This document shows, piece after piece, positions 28,881-38,678 of a stretch of DNA of 64,000 bases. Where the stretch lies: assembly GCA_040751795.1 (NCBI GenBank), contig JBFMHR010000001.1:256001-320000 (forward strand), in the 5' to 3' direction. Under the pieces are notes generated by a model. That model was given only the letters and a program-made list of their open reading frames with translations. It was not told where the DNA came from and searched no databases. This DNA is from Thermoplasmatota archaeon (GTDB lineage: Archaea > Thermoplasmatota > Thermoplasmata > UBA10834). Every line of letters begins with the position of its first letter. The first letter of the stretch is position 1. Position numbers and translations under genes: made by a program.

Positions 28881-29236
28881 ATCCAGATTATCTCCTCCTT
28901 CTTCAGGGCGTACACGACGCCGACGAGGAGCACGCCGAGGAACATGAACATGAAGACCTTCGCGAGGTCGCCCAGGCTGTCGAAGGTCAGGGCCCACATG
29001 AGGACGAAGACCGTCACCAGGTCGAAGGCCACGAAGAGGATCGCGTACATGTAGTACTGGAAGTGGAACTGGATCTGCGCCTTGCCTATCGGGACCTCGC
29101 CGCACTCGTAGGTCGTCTCGCCCCTGGGGTCGTGCTTGTCGGGGCGGAAGTACCTCGAGAGCAGGAAAACTAGCGGCGGTATGAGGAGCGCTAGGAGGGC
29201 GAAAATCGCTACCCCCATGTAGTCCTCTGCTAGCAT
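28877..29236 (-). CDS. nuoA: Complex I/Fpo-like subunit A
   Basis: YECGE, FQYYMYAILFVAFD. Confidence 0.92.
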   Translation of the reverse strand: MLAEDYMGVAIFALLALLIPPLVFLLSRYFRPDKHDPRGETTYECGEVPIGKAQIQFHFQYYMYAILFVAFDLVTVFVLMWALTFDSLGDLAKVFMFMFLGVLLVGVVYALKKEEIIWI

Positions 29237-29255
29237 CGCCCTCGGATTCACAACG

Positions 29256-29272
29256 GAGTATTAAGTCCTTTC
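29256..29272 (-). promoter_or_regulatory. TATA-like element of the nuo/fpo-like operon, probably leaderless
   Basis: Minus-strand GAAAGGACTTAATACTC ~25 nt upstream of the nuoA ATG. Confidence 0.5.
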
Positions 29273-29401
29273 AGTGGAAAGAGAGGGCCGCCCGAGCAGG
29301 TCAGTATCGAAGAATCTTCGAAAAGCGGGGGCAGGGGTCGCAAGGCGTCGGGCCTGGAGAAGACGGATGGGGTTTGGAGGGGTTTGGGCCGCGGGACGGG
29401 C

Positions 29402-30004
29402 CTACTTGTACCGCGTGCCGCACCGGGAGCAGAACGCGGCGTTCGGGTCGAGCATCGTCCCGCAGACTGGGCAGTGCCCGGTCGCCATCGCCTGGGCCGC
29501 CATCGGCGCCTGCATGCCCGGAGCGGGCGGGGCCGGGGCCTTCCGGCCGCCCATGACCACGACCACCACGACTATGACGACCACTGCGACTATGACTATG
29601 GCCGCGATGATGAGCGCCCAGGTCATGAACGATATGGCCTCCTCGGCCTCCGTGAAGGCGCCGGAGACGTCGAACTCGAGGTGCGCGACGGTCAGCCCGG
29701 GGTTCTCCCAGGTCAGGGTGTAGGTGCCGGACATGTACGAGGGCAACCACCCCGTCCCGGAGTAGGCGCCCGTCTGGCTGATGTACTCGGTGCCGTCGGG
29801 GTCAATCAAGGCGAAGTCCAGCGGCACGTCGCTGCTCCACGAGTATTCGGATATATCGAATATCTCGAGCTCCACCTGGATGGAGTACGAGTCGCCGGCC
29901 AATATCGCCCGCTCCTCCGCGGAGACGTTCGCGGAGAGGGCGAGCGCAGACACGATGCACAGCGCGAAGAGCGCCGGGAAGATCCTGGTCCTCATGAAGG
30001 TCAT
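29402..30004 (-). CDS. Type I membrane protein: signal peptide, beta-rich ectodomain, TM helix, cytoplasmic zinc ribbon
   Basis: Hydrophobic N-terminus, DFALIDPDG/GTYTLTWENP, Val/Ile-rich TM, CPVCG...CSRCG. Confidence 0.8.
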   Translation of the reverse strand: MTFMRTRIFPALFALCIVSALALSANVSAEERAILAGDSYSIQVELEIFDISEYSWSSDVPLDFALIDPDGTEYISQTGAYSGTGWLPSYMSGTYTLTWENPGLTVAHLEFDVSGAFTEAEEAISFMTWALIIAAIVIVAVVVIVVVVVVMGGRKAPAPPAPGMQAPMAAQAMATGHCPVCGTMLDPNAAFCSRCGTRYK

Positions 30005-30112
30005 CCTCCCGGGCACAATCGCGCTGCACTGGATATTATACTTGCGCGTTGCCGGCGCCCCGTGGCCGTAACTGAAAAGCATTTATGAGGGGCGCGGGGG
30101 TTCCGAGTCAGG

Positions 30113-31819
30113 ATGGCCCGACCGGATCTCGTCCTCCTGCACCCCCCGAGCGTCATGGACTTCAGGGAGAGGGCGATCCTCGCAGGGCCCGTCAGCGACC
30201 TCATCCCGTCGACCCCGGTCTTCGAGATGTACCCCATAGGCTTCACCACGATAGCGTCGCACCTCGAGTCGGAGGGGTACGAGGTCCGCATCGTGAACAT
30301 CGCCAACAAGATGCTCATGTCGGGGAGGTTCGACCCCTCGAGGTTCGTGAAGGGGCTCGACGCGGCCATGTTCGGGATCGACCTCCACTGGATGCCCCAC
30401 GTCCAAGGCGCCCTGGAGCTCGCCAAGGTCGTCAAGGCTCACCACCCCGGCGTGCCCGTAGTGATGGGCGGGTTCAGCGCGTCCTACTACCACAGGGAGC
30501 TGCTCTCCAGGTACCCCCAGGTCGACTTCGTCCTCAGGGGCGACTCGACGGAGCTGCCCACCGAGATGCTCCTCGGGGCGGCCGAGGCCGGCAAGGGCCT
30601 GGGGGAGGTCCCCAACCTCTCCTGGAGGAACGGGGGGAAGGTCAGGGAGAACCCGCTCACCCACGTCCCGGAGACGCTCGACGACATAGTCATCGACTAC
30701 GGGCTGATGGTCCGCAAGGTGCTCAGGTACCGCGACCTCTCGGGCAACATGCCCTACAGGAACTGGAAGGCCAACCCGATGTCGATCGCGGTGGGCGTCA
30801 GGGGGTGCACCCACAACTGCTCCAACTGCGCCGGCTCGTGCGACTCGTTCGCGAGGAACTTCGGGCGGAGCAAGCCGGCGTACAGGTCCCCCGAGCTCCT
30901 GGCCGAGGACATATCCAGGGCGGAGGAGTACATCAAGGGGGCGACCTTCGTCGTGGGCGACTTGCGGCAGGCGGGCAAGGCGTACGCGGACAGGTTCCTC
31001 TCCGAGCTGAAGGCCAGGGGCGTCGGGAACGAGGTCGTGATAGAGCTGTTCACCCCCGCCGGGAAGGAGTTCGCCCAGCAGGTCGCCAGGAGCGTCGACC
31101 GGTTCAGCGTCCAGATGTCCCCGGAGACGCACGACGACGATGTCAGGAAGGCGCAGGACAAGCCCTACACGACCTCCGGCCTCGAGAAGTCCGCGCAGGC
31201 GTTCCTCGACGCGGGCTGCAACAGGTTCGACATGTTCTACATGATAGGGCTGCCCACGCAGACCAGGGAGTCCGTCGAGGGGACGGTCAAGTACACTCGC
31301 ACGCTCTACGAGCGCTTCAAGGGCGGCCGCCTCTTCCCGTTCATAAGCCCGCTGGCGCCGTTCCTGGACCCCGGGGGCAACTCCTTCGAGAGGGCGGACG
31401 AGCTCGGCTACAGGCTCTTCGCGTCCACCGTCGAGGACCACGTCAGGCTCGCCACGATGCCGAGCTGGAAGTACGTGCTCAACTACGAGACCGCGTGGAT
31501 GACCAGGGACGCGATAGTCGAGTCCACGTACTCCGCGGGGCTGGGGCTGAACGCCATCAAGAGGGACATGGGCCTGATAGGCGAGGACGCGGCGGAGAGG
31601 GTCGAGCGCAGGATCCTCGGGGCGTCGGAGATGATGAAGAGGATAGACGGGATGGTCGCGAGGGGGAAGACCACCGACTCGGACCTCGAGCAGCTGAGGG
31701 AAGTGGCATCGAGGCTCAGCGAGTCGACCGTCTGCGAGAAGGAGGAGCTCGACTGGTCCGAGAGCTCCATATACGCGAGCATCCCCCGGATGGTGGGGGC
31801 GCTCCTCCGGGGCAGGTGA
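30113..31819 (+). CDS. B12-binding-domain radical SAM protein
   Basis: DLVLLHPPSV, FEMYPIGF, IDLHWMPH, RGCTHNCSNC, PFLDPG. Confidence 0.88.
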   Translation: MARPDLVLLHPPSVMDFRERAILAGPVSDLIPSTPVFEMYPIGFTTIASHLESEGYEVRIVNIANKMLMSGRFDPSRFVKGLDAAMFGIDLHWMPHVQGALELAKVVKAHHPGVPVVMGGFSASYYHRELLSRYPQVDFVLRGDSTELPTEMLLGAAEAGKGLGEVPNLSWRNGGKVRENPLTHVPETLDDIVIDYGLMVRKVLRYRDLSGNMPYRNWKANPMSIAVGVRGCTHNCSNCAGSCDSFARNFGRSKPAYRSPELLAEDISRAEEYIKGATFVVGDLRQAGKAYADRFLSELKARGVGNEVVIELFTPAGKEFAQQVARSVDRFSVQMSPETHDDDVRKAQDKPYTTSGLEKSAQAFLDAGCNRFDMFYMIGLPTQTRESVEGTVKYTRTLYERFKGGRLFPFISPLAPFLDPGGNSFERADELGYRLFASTVEDHVRLATMPSWKYVLNYETAWMTRDAIVESTYSAGLGLNAIKRDMGLIGEDAAERVERRILGASEMMKRIDGMVARGKTTDSDLEQLREVASRLSESTVCEKEELDWSESSIYASIPRMVGALLRGR

Positions 31820-31876
31820 GCCGGAGGGCGGCTCAACTTATTTCTCCCCCCTGCCCGATTGCGGTCCGGCGAGGAC

Positions 31877-32602
31877 ATGATACTGGGCGTGTACGGCTAC
31901 CAGGACTCGGGCAAGACGACGATGGTCGAGGCGCTCGTCGCGGCCCTCGTGGAGGACGGCCTCAGGGTCGCGTCGGTGAAGCACTCAGGCCACGCCGACG
32001 CATCCGACCTCCGCGGCAAGGACACATGGAGGCACGCGGAGGCGGGCAGCGACCCGGTGGTGCTCTCCACCGCGAAGGGCACCGTGTTCTGGGTGCGCAG
32101 GGACATGCCCGTCGAGAGGGTCGTGGAGGTGCTGCAGGCGTCGTTCTCGCCGGACGTGGTCATAGTCGAGGGGCTGAAGGGCAGCCCCTACCCGAAGGTG
32201 GCCCTCGGCGACATCGAGCCCAGGAAGGGGACGGTGCTCTCCAACCCGTCGCTGAAGGAGCTCACGGCCTACGTCAGGAGGGAGGTCGACGTCGGGAGGG
32301 CGCTGGCGTCGCTGCCCGGCCTGGACTGCAACAAGTGCGGCCTCGACTGCGCCGCGATGGCGAGGGCCGTCGCGGAGGGGAGGAAGGCGCTGGACGACTG
32401 CAGGGAGCTGCCCTCCCGCGACGTCTCTATAACGGTCGGCGGGAAGAGGATCGCCGCGGGCACCTTCGTGTCCGAGATAGTCGACGACACGATAAGGGGG
32501 ATGCTTGGGAGCCTCAAGGGCTACGAGCCCGGGAAGGACGTTGAAATCCGTCTCAGGGCTAAGAGAGGGGCGTCGAAAAAGCGCCCGGCCAAGGGGCGCT
32601 GA
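31877..32602 (+). CDS. mobB: Molybdopterin-guanine dinucleotide biosynthesis protein B with C-terminal FeS domain
   Basis: GYQDSGKTT, VKH, GKDTWRH, VEG, LPGLDCNKCGLDC. Confidence 0.85.
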   Translation: MILGVYGYQDSGKTTMVEALVAALVEDGLRVASVKHSGHADASDLRGKDTWRHAEAGSDPVVLSTAKGTVFWVRRDMPVERVVEVLQASFSPDVVIVEGLKGSPYPKVALGDIEPRKGTVLSNPSLKELTAYVRREVDVGRALASLPGLDCNKCGLDCAAMARAVAEGRKALDDCRELPSRDVSITVGGKRIAAGTFVSEIVDDTIRGMLGSLKGYEPGKDVEIRLRAKRGASKKRPAKGR

Positions 32603-32723
32603 AGGGGCTTCGAACGCCCGTCCGGCCGTTCTGCGCTAGGTTTATCAACACCGAAGATATCATGAGAGCCAGGCGCTCGCAGGGCCACGGGGGAGCGACA
32701 GGCGAAGGCATCCGGTGACACTC

Positions 32724-33881
32724 ATGCGGAACATCTCTGAGATCGAGAAGGACCTAGACGCGTGCCTACAGTGCGGGTACTGCAGGGACCCCTGCCCCGT
32801 CTACAAGACCATAGGGTGGGAGTCAGCCACGCCGAGGGGGAAGGTCTACCAGCTGAAGCAGATCAAGAACAGGAGCCCGATAGACACCCTCTTCAGGAGG
32901 AACGCGAAGGTCGACGACAAGTTCGTCGAGCGGATATTCCAGTGCACCTCCTGCGCCGCCTGCGAGCACAACTGCCACGTCGAGATCGACTTCGCCCACC
33001 TGTGGGAGGAGGTCAAGGAGTGGCTCATATCCCAGGGGTACCAGCCACCGGAGGCCCACAGGAAGATCAGGGAGAGGGTCGTCCAGAAGCGCAACCCCTA
33101 CGACGAGCCGAAGGAGAAGAGGCCGGCCTGGCTCCCGAAGGAGGTCAAGCTCTCGGAGGACCCGGAGGTGGTCTTCTTCACAGGCTGCACCGAGGCGTAC
33201 AGGATGACGCCCCTCGCGGTCGCCACGGCCAAGCTGCTCGACAAGGCGGGCGTGAAGTTCACGATCATGGGCGAGGAGGAGTGGTGCTGCGGCTCGCCCC
33301 TTCTCAGGACAGGGCAGAAGGCGCCCGTGAGGGACGAGCTTGCACCGCACAACGTCCGGGAGATGGAGCGCCACGGCTGGAAGACCATGGTCACGGCCTG
33401 CGCGGGCTGCTACAACACAATAAAGAACGACTACCCGAAGATGGTCGGGAAGCCCTCGTTCGAGCTCTACCACATAACCGAGTACCTGGACAGGCTCGTC
33501 AAGGACGGGCGGCTCAAGTTCACGAAGGAGTTCAAGAAGAAGATCGCCTACCACGACCCGTGCCACCTGGGGAGGCACGCGAAGGTCTACGACCCGCCGC
33601 GGGACATACTGAAGGCCATCCCGGGGGTGCAGGTCGTCGAGATGAGGCACGAGAGGGAGGACTCCCAGTGCTGCGGGGCGGGGGGCGGCTTCAAGAGCGC
33701 ATTCAACGACATGGCCGAGACCGTCGCCGCGGACCGCGTCCGCGAGGCGGTGGACGCCGGCGCGGAGCTGATAGTCACGTCGTGCCCGTTCTGCCAGGTG
33801 AACCTGATCGCGGGCGCGAAGAAGGCTGGCATCGACATCAAGACGATGGACGTCGTCCAGGTCGCGCTGCAGGCCGTCTAG
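32724..33881 (+). CDS. HdrD/GlcF-like FeS protein (2x 4Fe-4S + two CCG domains)
   Basis: CLQCGYCRDPCP, CTSCAACEHNC, WCCG, YHDPCHLGR, CCGAGGG, CPFC. Confidence 0.88.
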   Translation: MRNISEIEKDLDACLQCGYCRDPCPVYKTIGWESATPRGKVYQLKQIKNRSPIDTLFRRNAKVDDKFVERIFQCTSCAACEHNCHVEIDFAHLWEEVKEWLISQGYQPPEAHRKIRERVVQKRNPYDEPKEKRPAWLPKEVKLSEDPEVVFFTGCTEAYRMTPLAVATAKLLDKAGVKFTIMGEEEWCCGSPLLRTGQKAPVRDELAPHNVREMERHGWKTMVTACAGCYNTIKNDYPKMVGKPSFELYHITEYLDRLVKDGRLKFTKEFKKKIAYHDPCHLGRHAKVYDPPRDILKAIPGVQVVEMRHEREDSQCCGAGGGFKSAFNDMAETVAADRVREAVDAGAELIVTSCPFCQVNLIAGAKKAGIDIKTMDVVQVALQAV

Positions 33882-34554
33882 ACGCGAGGCGCCTCTGGAC
33901 GGCCTCGCCCCTGAGCTCCCTCAGCGCGTCGGCGGCGACCCACCTCGCGGCCTTCGAGTCCTTGCGGGAGATCCTCAAAGCGGTTGCCACGGCTGCCTTG
34001 TTCAGGCGGAGGTTCCTCTTGCCGACCTGCCTGAGCGCCCAGTTCACGGCCTTCCTGACGTACGGCCTCTCGTCGGTGGACTCCCGCGCCATGACCGGAA
34101 GCCATGCGAGGAACACGGAGTCGGGCGCCTCCTTGTCGTGCACTGCCAGGACCGCCATGAGGGCGAAGCCGGCCCTCTTGACGAACTCCTCGTCCCTGGC
34201 CGTCCACTCCAGGGCCTTGCCGTGTGCGAACCTGGTCCTGTCGAAGAGGTGTAGGCAGGTGCCGTCGCAGATCGCCCAGTTGTCGAAGTCCCCGGCCCAG
34301 CGCTCCATCTGCGCCTCCGTGACCTTGTCCGGCTCGTCGACGAGGACCGCCAGGTGCCTCGCCTCGTAGACGCCCGTCCTCCAGAGCGCGAGCGCAAGCC
34401 TGTGGTCCTTGCCGATCCTCCTGGCGAGGGCGACGAGGTCCGGGGTCCTCACGCCCAGAATGACCTTGGACCTGATGCCGTACCGCGCCATCCCGTCGAG
34501 GTCGCACGGCCTAGCGAGGCGCCTCAGCTCCGAAAGGGCCCCGTCGGCGTCCAT
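33838..34554 (-). CDS. DNA alkylation repair protein (AlkD-like)
   Basis: FDNWAICD, EEFVKRAGF, DERPYVRKAVNWALRQVGKRN. Confidence 0.85.
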   Translation of the reverse strand: MDADGALSELRRLARPCDLDGMARYGIRSKVILGVRTPDLVALARRIGKDHRLALALWRTGVYEARHLAVLVDEPDKVTEAQMERWAGDFDNWAICDGTCLHLFDRTRFAHGKALEWTARDEEFVKRAGFALMAVLAVHDKEAPDSVFLAWLPVMARESTDERPYVRKAVNWALRQVGKRNLRLNKAAVATALRISRKDSKAARWVAADALRELRGEAVQRRLASRRPAARPGRRPSS

Positions 34555-34561
34555 GGGAGCC

Positions 34562-35080
34562 TCAGATGCCCGTCCACGGGACGCCCTTGTGGGCGCTCAT
34601 GACGATCTGCGTGTCGGTCTCCTTGACGCCGTCGATCTTGAGGAAGGTGTCTATGAACTCCTGCAGCTCGGTCATGCCGACGAACAGCGCGACCACGAGG
34701 AGGTCGTACTCGCCCGTGACCCTGTACACGGCGACGACCCTGTTGTGGTTGACGACGTGGTCCACGACCTTGTCGAGCTTGTCCGTGACGGTCTTGAGGT
34801 GGATGTAGGCCTTGACGGTGTTCTCTATGAGCCTGTAGTCTATGTGTATTGAGAACCGCATGATGATGCCGTTCTCGATGAGGTTCTTGATGCGCCGCCT
34901 GACCGTCGCCTCCGTGACGCCGAGCTTCTTGGCGATCTCGGAGTTGCTCATGCGGGCGTTCTCCCTCAGCTCGCAGAGTATGCGGATGTCCGTCCTGTCG
35001 ATGGGCAGGAGCTTGAGGTCTAGGCCCTTCCACCGGTCGAGTATCTCGCAAGGGAACTGGCTCTGCTGAGGCGTGTTCAT
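34562..35080 (-). CDS. Lrp/AsnC transcriptional regulator
   Basis: NARMSNSEIAKKLGVTEATVRRRIKNL, VTGEYD. Confidence 0.92.
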   Translation of the reverse strand: MNTPQQSQFPCEILDRWKGLDLKLLPIDRTDIRILCELRENARMSNSEIAKKLGVTEATVRRRIKNLIENGIIMRFSIHIDYRLIENTVKAYIHLKTVTDKLDKVVDHVVNHNRVVAVYRVTGEYDLLVVALFVGMTELQEFIDTFLKIDGVKETDTQIVMSAHKGVPWTGI

Positions 35081-35219
35081 GTCATCCCAGGGCCCTGTAG
35101 ATGCACGGGGTACTTCAATCTAACGGAATCCAATCAACAACGCGTCCGTTTGGTGCCTTTTTCGTACAACGCGCGGGCCGAATGCAACGAATGTTGCCAC
35201 GGGAATCGGCGAAAAACGG

Positions 35220-36008
35220 TCATCTCCCGTACCGGCGGACCCTCTGCTGGTAGGACCTCACCGCCCTCAGGAAGTCGATCTTCCTGAAGCCCGGCCAGTA
35301 CACGTCGGAGAAGTAGAGCTCCGAGTAGGCGAGCTGCCACAGGAGGAAGTTGGAGATCCGCTCCTCGCCGGAGGTCCTCAGTATTAGGTCGGGGTCTGGG
35401 AGGTCGGACGTGTAGAGGTAGTCCGCGACGACCTTCTGGGTTATGTCCTCGACGTCGAGGGAGCCGCCCTTGACGGCCTCGGCCAGCTTCTTGATCGCGT
35501 GGACGATCTCCTCGCGCCCCCCGTAGCCGACCGCGATGTTGAACGAGTAGGAATCGTACCCCTTGGTCCTCTCCTCGGCGTAGGCGATGGCCTCCTGGAC
35601 CTCGTCGGGGAGGAGGTCCTTCTGGCCGAGCACCCTCACGCGTATCTTGTGCCTGTGGACCCTCTCGTCGTCCCCCAGGCTCCTGAAGTTCTTCACGAAC
35701 ATGCCCATGAGGGTCTCGACCTCGTCCCTGCCCCTGCCGACGTTCTCCGTCGAGAACGCGTACACGGTCAGGACCCTTATCCCGAGCTCGAGGCACCACT
35801 CGAGCATCTCCTCGAGCTTCTGCTTCCCCTTCTCGTGCCCCTCCGAGACGACCAGGCCGAACTCGTTGGCGTACCGCCTGTTGCCGTCCATTATGACGGC
35901 CACGTGGTGCGGCACCGGCTGTGCCATGACCTCTTTGAGGAGCCGCTTCTCGTAGGTCTGGTAAGCGGTGCCGGATATGGCCTTCGATATCTCGCCAGTC
36001 ATGTCCAA
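35220..36008 (-). CDS. uppS: cis-prenyltransferase (undecaprenyl diphosphate synthase family)
   Basis: HVAVIMDGNRR, YAFSTEN, RTSGEERISNFLLWQ, RRYG. Confidence 0.95.
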   Translation of the reverse strand: MDMTGEISKAISGTAYQTYEKRLLKEVMAQPVPHHVAVIMDGNRRYANEFGLVVSEGHEKGKQKLEEMLEWCLELGIRVLTVYAFSTENVGRGRDEVETLMGMFVKNFRSLGDDERVHRHKIRVRVLGQKDLLPDEVQEAIAYAEERTKGYDSYSFNIAVGYGGREEIVHAIKKLAEAVKGGSLDVEDITQKVVADYLYTSDLPDPDLILRTSGEERISNFLLWQLAYSELYFSDVYWPGFRKIDFLRAVRSYQQRVRRYGR

Positions 36009-36039
36009 CCGAGCCTCTATGCGCGATTCGGATTTAAAA

Positions 36040-36996
36040 CTATACGTGCCGGAAGTCCTCGGGGAGGCCGGCGCTGTAGAGCCCCAGGTCGACGCAGCCT
36101 ATCGCGGCCACCGCCCCTATCGCCCCCCGCCTCCCCGTCACCTCGTGTATCGATATGCCCGACCTGGAGGCCGCGTGCTCCGCGTCGTGTATAGATAGTA
36201 TAGTGTCTTTGGCCTCCGCCCCGAACCGGACGGCCGTCGCGGGTATGTCCAGGCCCTCGTAGGAGGCCAAGACCGTCTCCCCGGAGAAGGTGTTCTCCGC
36301 GACGAACTTCCTCGCCCACTCGACCGCCCTCCCCGCCTCCTGCGGCAGGACCGCGAAGGCCACGGCCGTGGATGCGCAGTTGGTGGTCTTCTGGGGGGCG
36401 TTGGGGTTGAGCTGCACGATCTTGTGCGCCAGGAAGACCGCGTGGGGCATCTGCCTCCCCAGGTTGAGGCCCAGTACCCACGTCGCGCCCTTCTCCTTCG
36501 TGTCCGTGTCGTCTATGCCGATCACGAGCCTCCGGTGGAGGGGGGTGGTTATGCGGACCTCGACCTGCCTCGAGCCCCCGACCTCCTCGTCGCTGAGGAA
36601 CTCGGCCTTCTCTACCCCCTCTGCCTGGGGGAGGCACGCGCCCACGCCCACGCTCGCGCCCGCGATGCCCATCCAGGTGGTCTCGACCTTGTCGCCCTTG
36701 ACGATCAACGACCTCAGAGCCTGCCCGCCGGTCTCCTTCGACGCGGCCCCGAACCGGACCTCGCCCTCGCCGACCCTCGCGTCCATGTGCAGGGTGGTGC
36801 CCTGGACCTCGACGTGCTCCACGACGCCCCCGGCCCTCAGCCTGTTGACGGCGTCCCACTCCACGGGGCCCTGCGCGCAGCACTCCTCGAATACCCTGGC
36901 CCTGCCCGTCCGCTCGTCGACCATCGTTATGAGCCTCCTCGCGAAGAGGGGCCCGTGCCTCTGCCTCAGCTCGACAGGCGTGACGACCCTGGCCAT
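36040..36996 (-). CDS. Methanogenesis marker protein 11-like (TiaS-N-like IGIDDTD domain)
   Basis: IGIDDTDTKEKGATW, VQLNP..PQKTTNCAST, GAIGAVAAIG; no TiaS OB/zinc-ribbon region. Confidence 0.65.
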   Translation of the reverse strand: MARVVTPVELRQRHGPLFARRLITMVDERTGRARVFEECCAQGPVEWDAVNRLRAGGVVEHVEVQGTTLHMDARVGEGEVRFGAASKETGGQALRSLIVKGDKVETTWMGIAGASVGVGACLPQAEGVEKAEFLSDEEVGGSRQVEVRITTPLHRRLVIGIDDTDTKEKGATWVLGLNLGRQMPHAVFLAHKIVQLNPNAPQKTTNCASTAVAFAVLPQEAGRAVEWARKFVAENTFSGETVLASYEGLDIPATAVRFGAEAKDTILSIHDAEHAASRSGISIHEVTGRRGAIGAVAAIGCVDLGLYSAGLPEDFRHV

Positions 36997-37002
36997 CTCA
37001 CA

Positions 37003-37683
37003 TCAGACTTCCAGCACCTCGCCCGGCGCCATTATCCTGACCTTCGCCTTGGACTGCTTCTTGACGAGCCTCTCGAACTCCCTCGGGTCCTGCTCGATGG
37101 GGGGCCATGTGCTGTAGTGCATCGGGACGACCACCTTCGGGCCGATGAGCTTGGTCGCGAGCGCGGCCTGCGCCGGGTCCATGGTGTAGAACCCGCCTAT
37201 GGGGAGGAGTGCCACGTCCGGGCTGTGCATCTCGCCCACGAGCGCCATGTCGCCGAAGACGGCCGTGTCTCCGGCGTGGTAGACGACCTTGCCCGAGTCG
37301 ATGACCATCCCCGTCGCCATCGCCGCGGAGAACTCGAGCCCGGGGGCGCCGATGCTGGAGGAGTGGAACGCGGGGACCATCGACACCTTCGTGTCCTTGA
37401 TCTTGACCGTCCCTCCGATGTTGAACCCGGTCGCTTTGACCGAGCACTTCTCCAGGTAGAGCGACATCTCGACTATGCACGCGACCTCCGCCCCCGTCCT
37501 CCTGGCGATCGCGACGGCGTCGCCAAGGTGGTCGAAGTGCCCGTGCGTTATGCAGATTATGTCGCAGTCGACGTCCTCGGGCTTCGCGGCGGCCTTGGGG
37601 TTGCCCGTCAGGAACGGGTCGATCAGCACCTTGTCCTTCCCGTGCAGCAGGAACGCAGAGTGTCCGAGCCACTGTATCTTCAT
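37003..37683 (-). CDS. UPF0173 metallo-beta-lactamase-fold hydrolase
   Basis: WLGHSAF, THGHFDH, YHAGDT, PMHY. Confidence 0.9.
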   Translation of the reverse strand: MKIQWLGHSAFLLHGKDKVLIDPFLTGNPKAAAKPEDVDCDIICITHGHFDHLGDAVAIARRTGAEVACIVEMSLYLEKCSVKATGFNIGGTVKIKDTKVSMVPAFHSSSIGAPGLEFSAAMATGMVIDSGKVVYHAGDTAVFGDMALVGEMHSPDVALLPIGGFYTMDPAQAALATKLIGPKVVVPMHYSTWPPIEQDPREFERLVKKQSKAKVRIMAPGEVLEV

Positions 37684-37739
37684 TCAGACCATCCCAGACT
37701 CATCAACGAGTCCGGGCTATTTGTTGGTTTTGAGCCGCC

Positions 37740-38615
37740 TCACTGGCCCGGCCTGTCGACGAACCGGGCCACCAGGTCGGGCATGCTCAGGGCCCGCAGG
37801 CCCTGGGACTCGTAGACGAGCCACTTGCCCTTGACCCCGACGAAGCGGCCCCTGTGGACGCCCTCAGTCCCCTGGAGGCGCGGGGCGCTCTGCAGCGGCT
37901 GGGCGAGCGGGTACCCGTCCAGGAACTCCAGTCCGCCGAAGGACACGCCCTCCCGGCCCTCCAGGAGAGACCCGAGGCGAGCGTGCTCCGCCTCGACTGC
38001 GGAGCGGTCCACGGGCCTCGACAGCATGTCGAGGATGTCCTGCTGCCTGTGCCACTGCGGCAACCCCGTCGAGCTGGATATCTCCGCCTCCGCGAGCCTC
38101 GCCGCCCTCCTGTTCGGGAACGTCCCGATGAACGCGAAGGCGTCCGCCCCCTGCTCGACCAGGCGCTCCCTGATCCGCCTCGAGGAGCTCATGCCGATCT
38201 TCGGGCGGTCCTGGTAGAATGCCAGGTAGAGCATGTGCTCCCGCCTGCAGAACTCGCTCGGTGCGCCCCCGCTCTTGGGGCTCAGGCACGAGGAGCCGTC
38301 GCACTTGGGGTCGAAGACGCACTCCTGGTCCCAGATGTAGGACTCGCCCGCGCAGGCCTCGCACTGCGAGTGGCCCTCGACGTGGACCTCGTTCGGGCAG
38401 GGGATGTGCCTCCCGCGCTCGAAGCGGCCCACGCACCTCCTCGCCCTGCCCACAGAGATGTCCGCACGGTCGACGGGCTCCTCGGTCTCCCTGTCATCCG
38501 TCTGGCCGCGCCACACGAGCCTCGGCTCGAAGCCCTTCCAGTAGAACTCGAGTACGTGCAGGGAGCGCCTCTGGTCGATCCCCTGTATGAGGATGTCGTC
38601 GGCCCTCTCGAACAT
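37740..38615 (-). CDS. DUF2797-like Cys-rich hypothetical protein
   Basis: RCVG, QCEAC, FCRREHMLYLA, KIGMS, RLVEQGA, GVKGK. Confidence 0.65.
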   Translation of the reverse strand: MFERADDILIQGIDQRRSLHVLEFYWKGFEPRLVWRGQTDDRETEEPVDRADISVGRARRCVGRFERGRHIPCPNEVHVEGHSQCEACAGESYIWDQECVFDPKCDGSSCLSPKSGGAPSEFCRREHMLYLAFYQDRPKIGMSSSRRIRERLVEQGADAFAFIGTFPNRRAARLAEAEISSSTGLPQWHRQQDILDMLSRPVDRSAVEAEHARLGSLLEGREGVSFGGLEFLDGYPLAQPLQSAPRLQGTEGVHRGRFVGVKGKWLVYESQGLRALSMPDLVARFVDRPGQ

Positions 38616-38678
38616 CTGCAGGTGCTTTGTCCCGCTAGATGATAATGATTTCCACGGGCAGGGCGGAACTGGGGCGGC

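Noticed and set aside
33838-33881. 44-bp convergent overlap of the alkD-like and hdrD-like genes
   Set aside because: Low-complexity tail extension, common in compact GC-rich genomes
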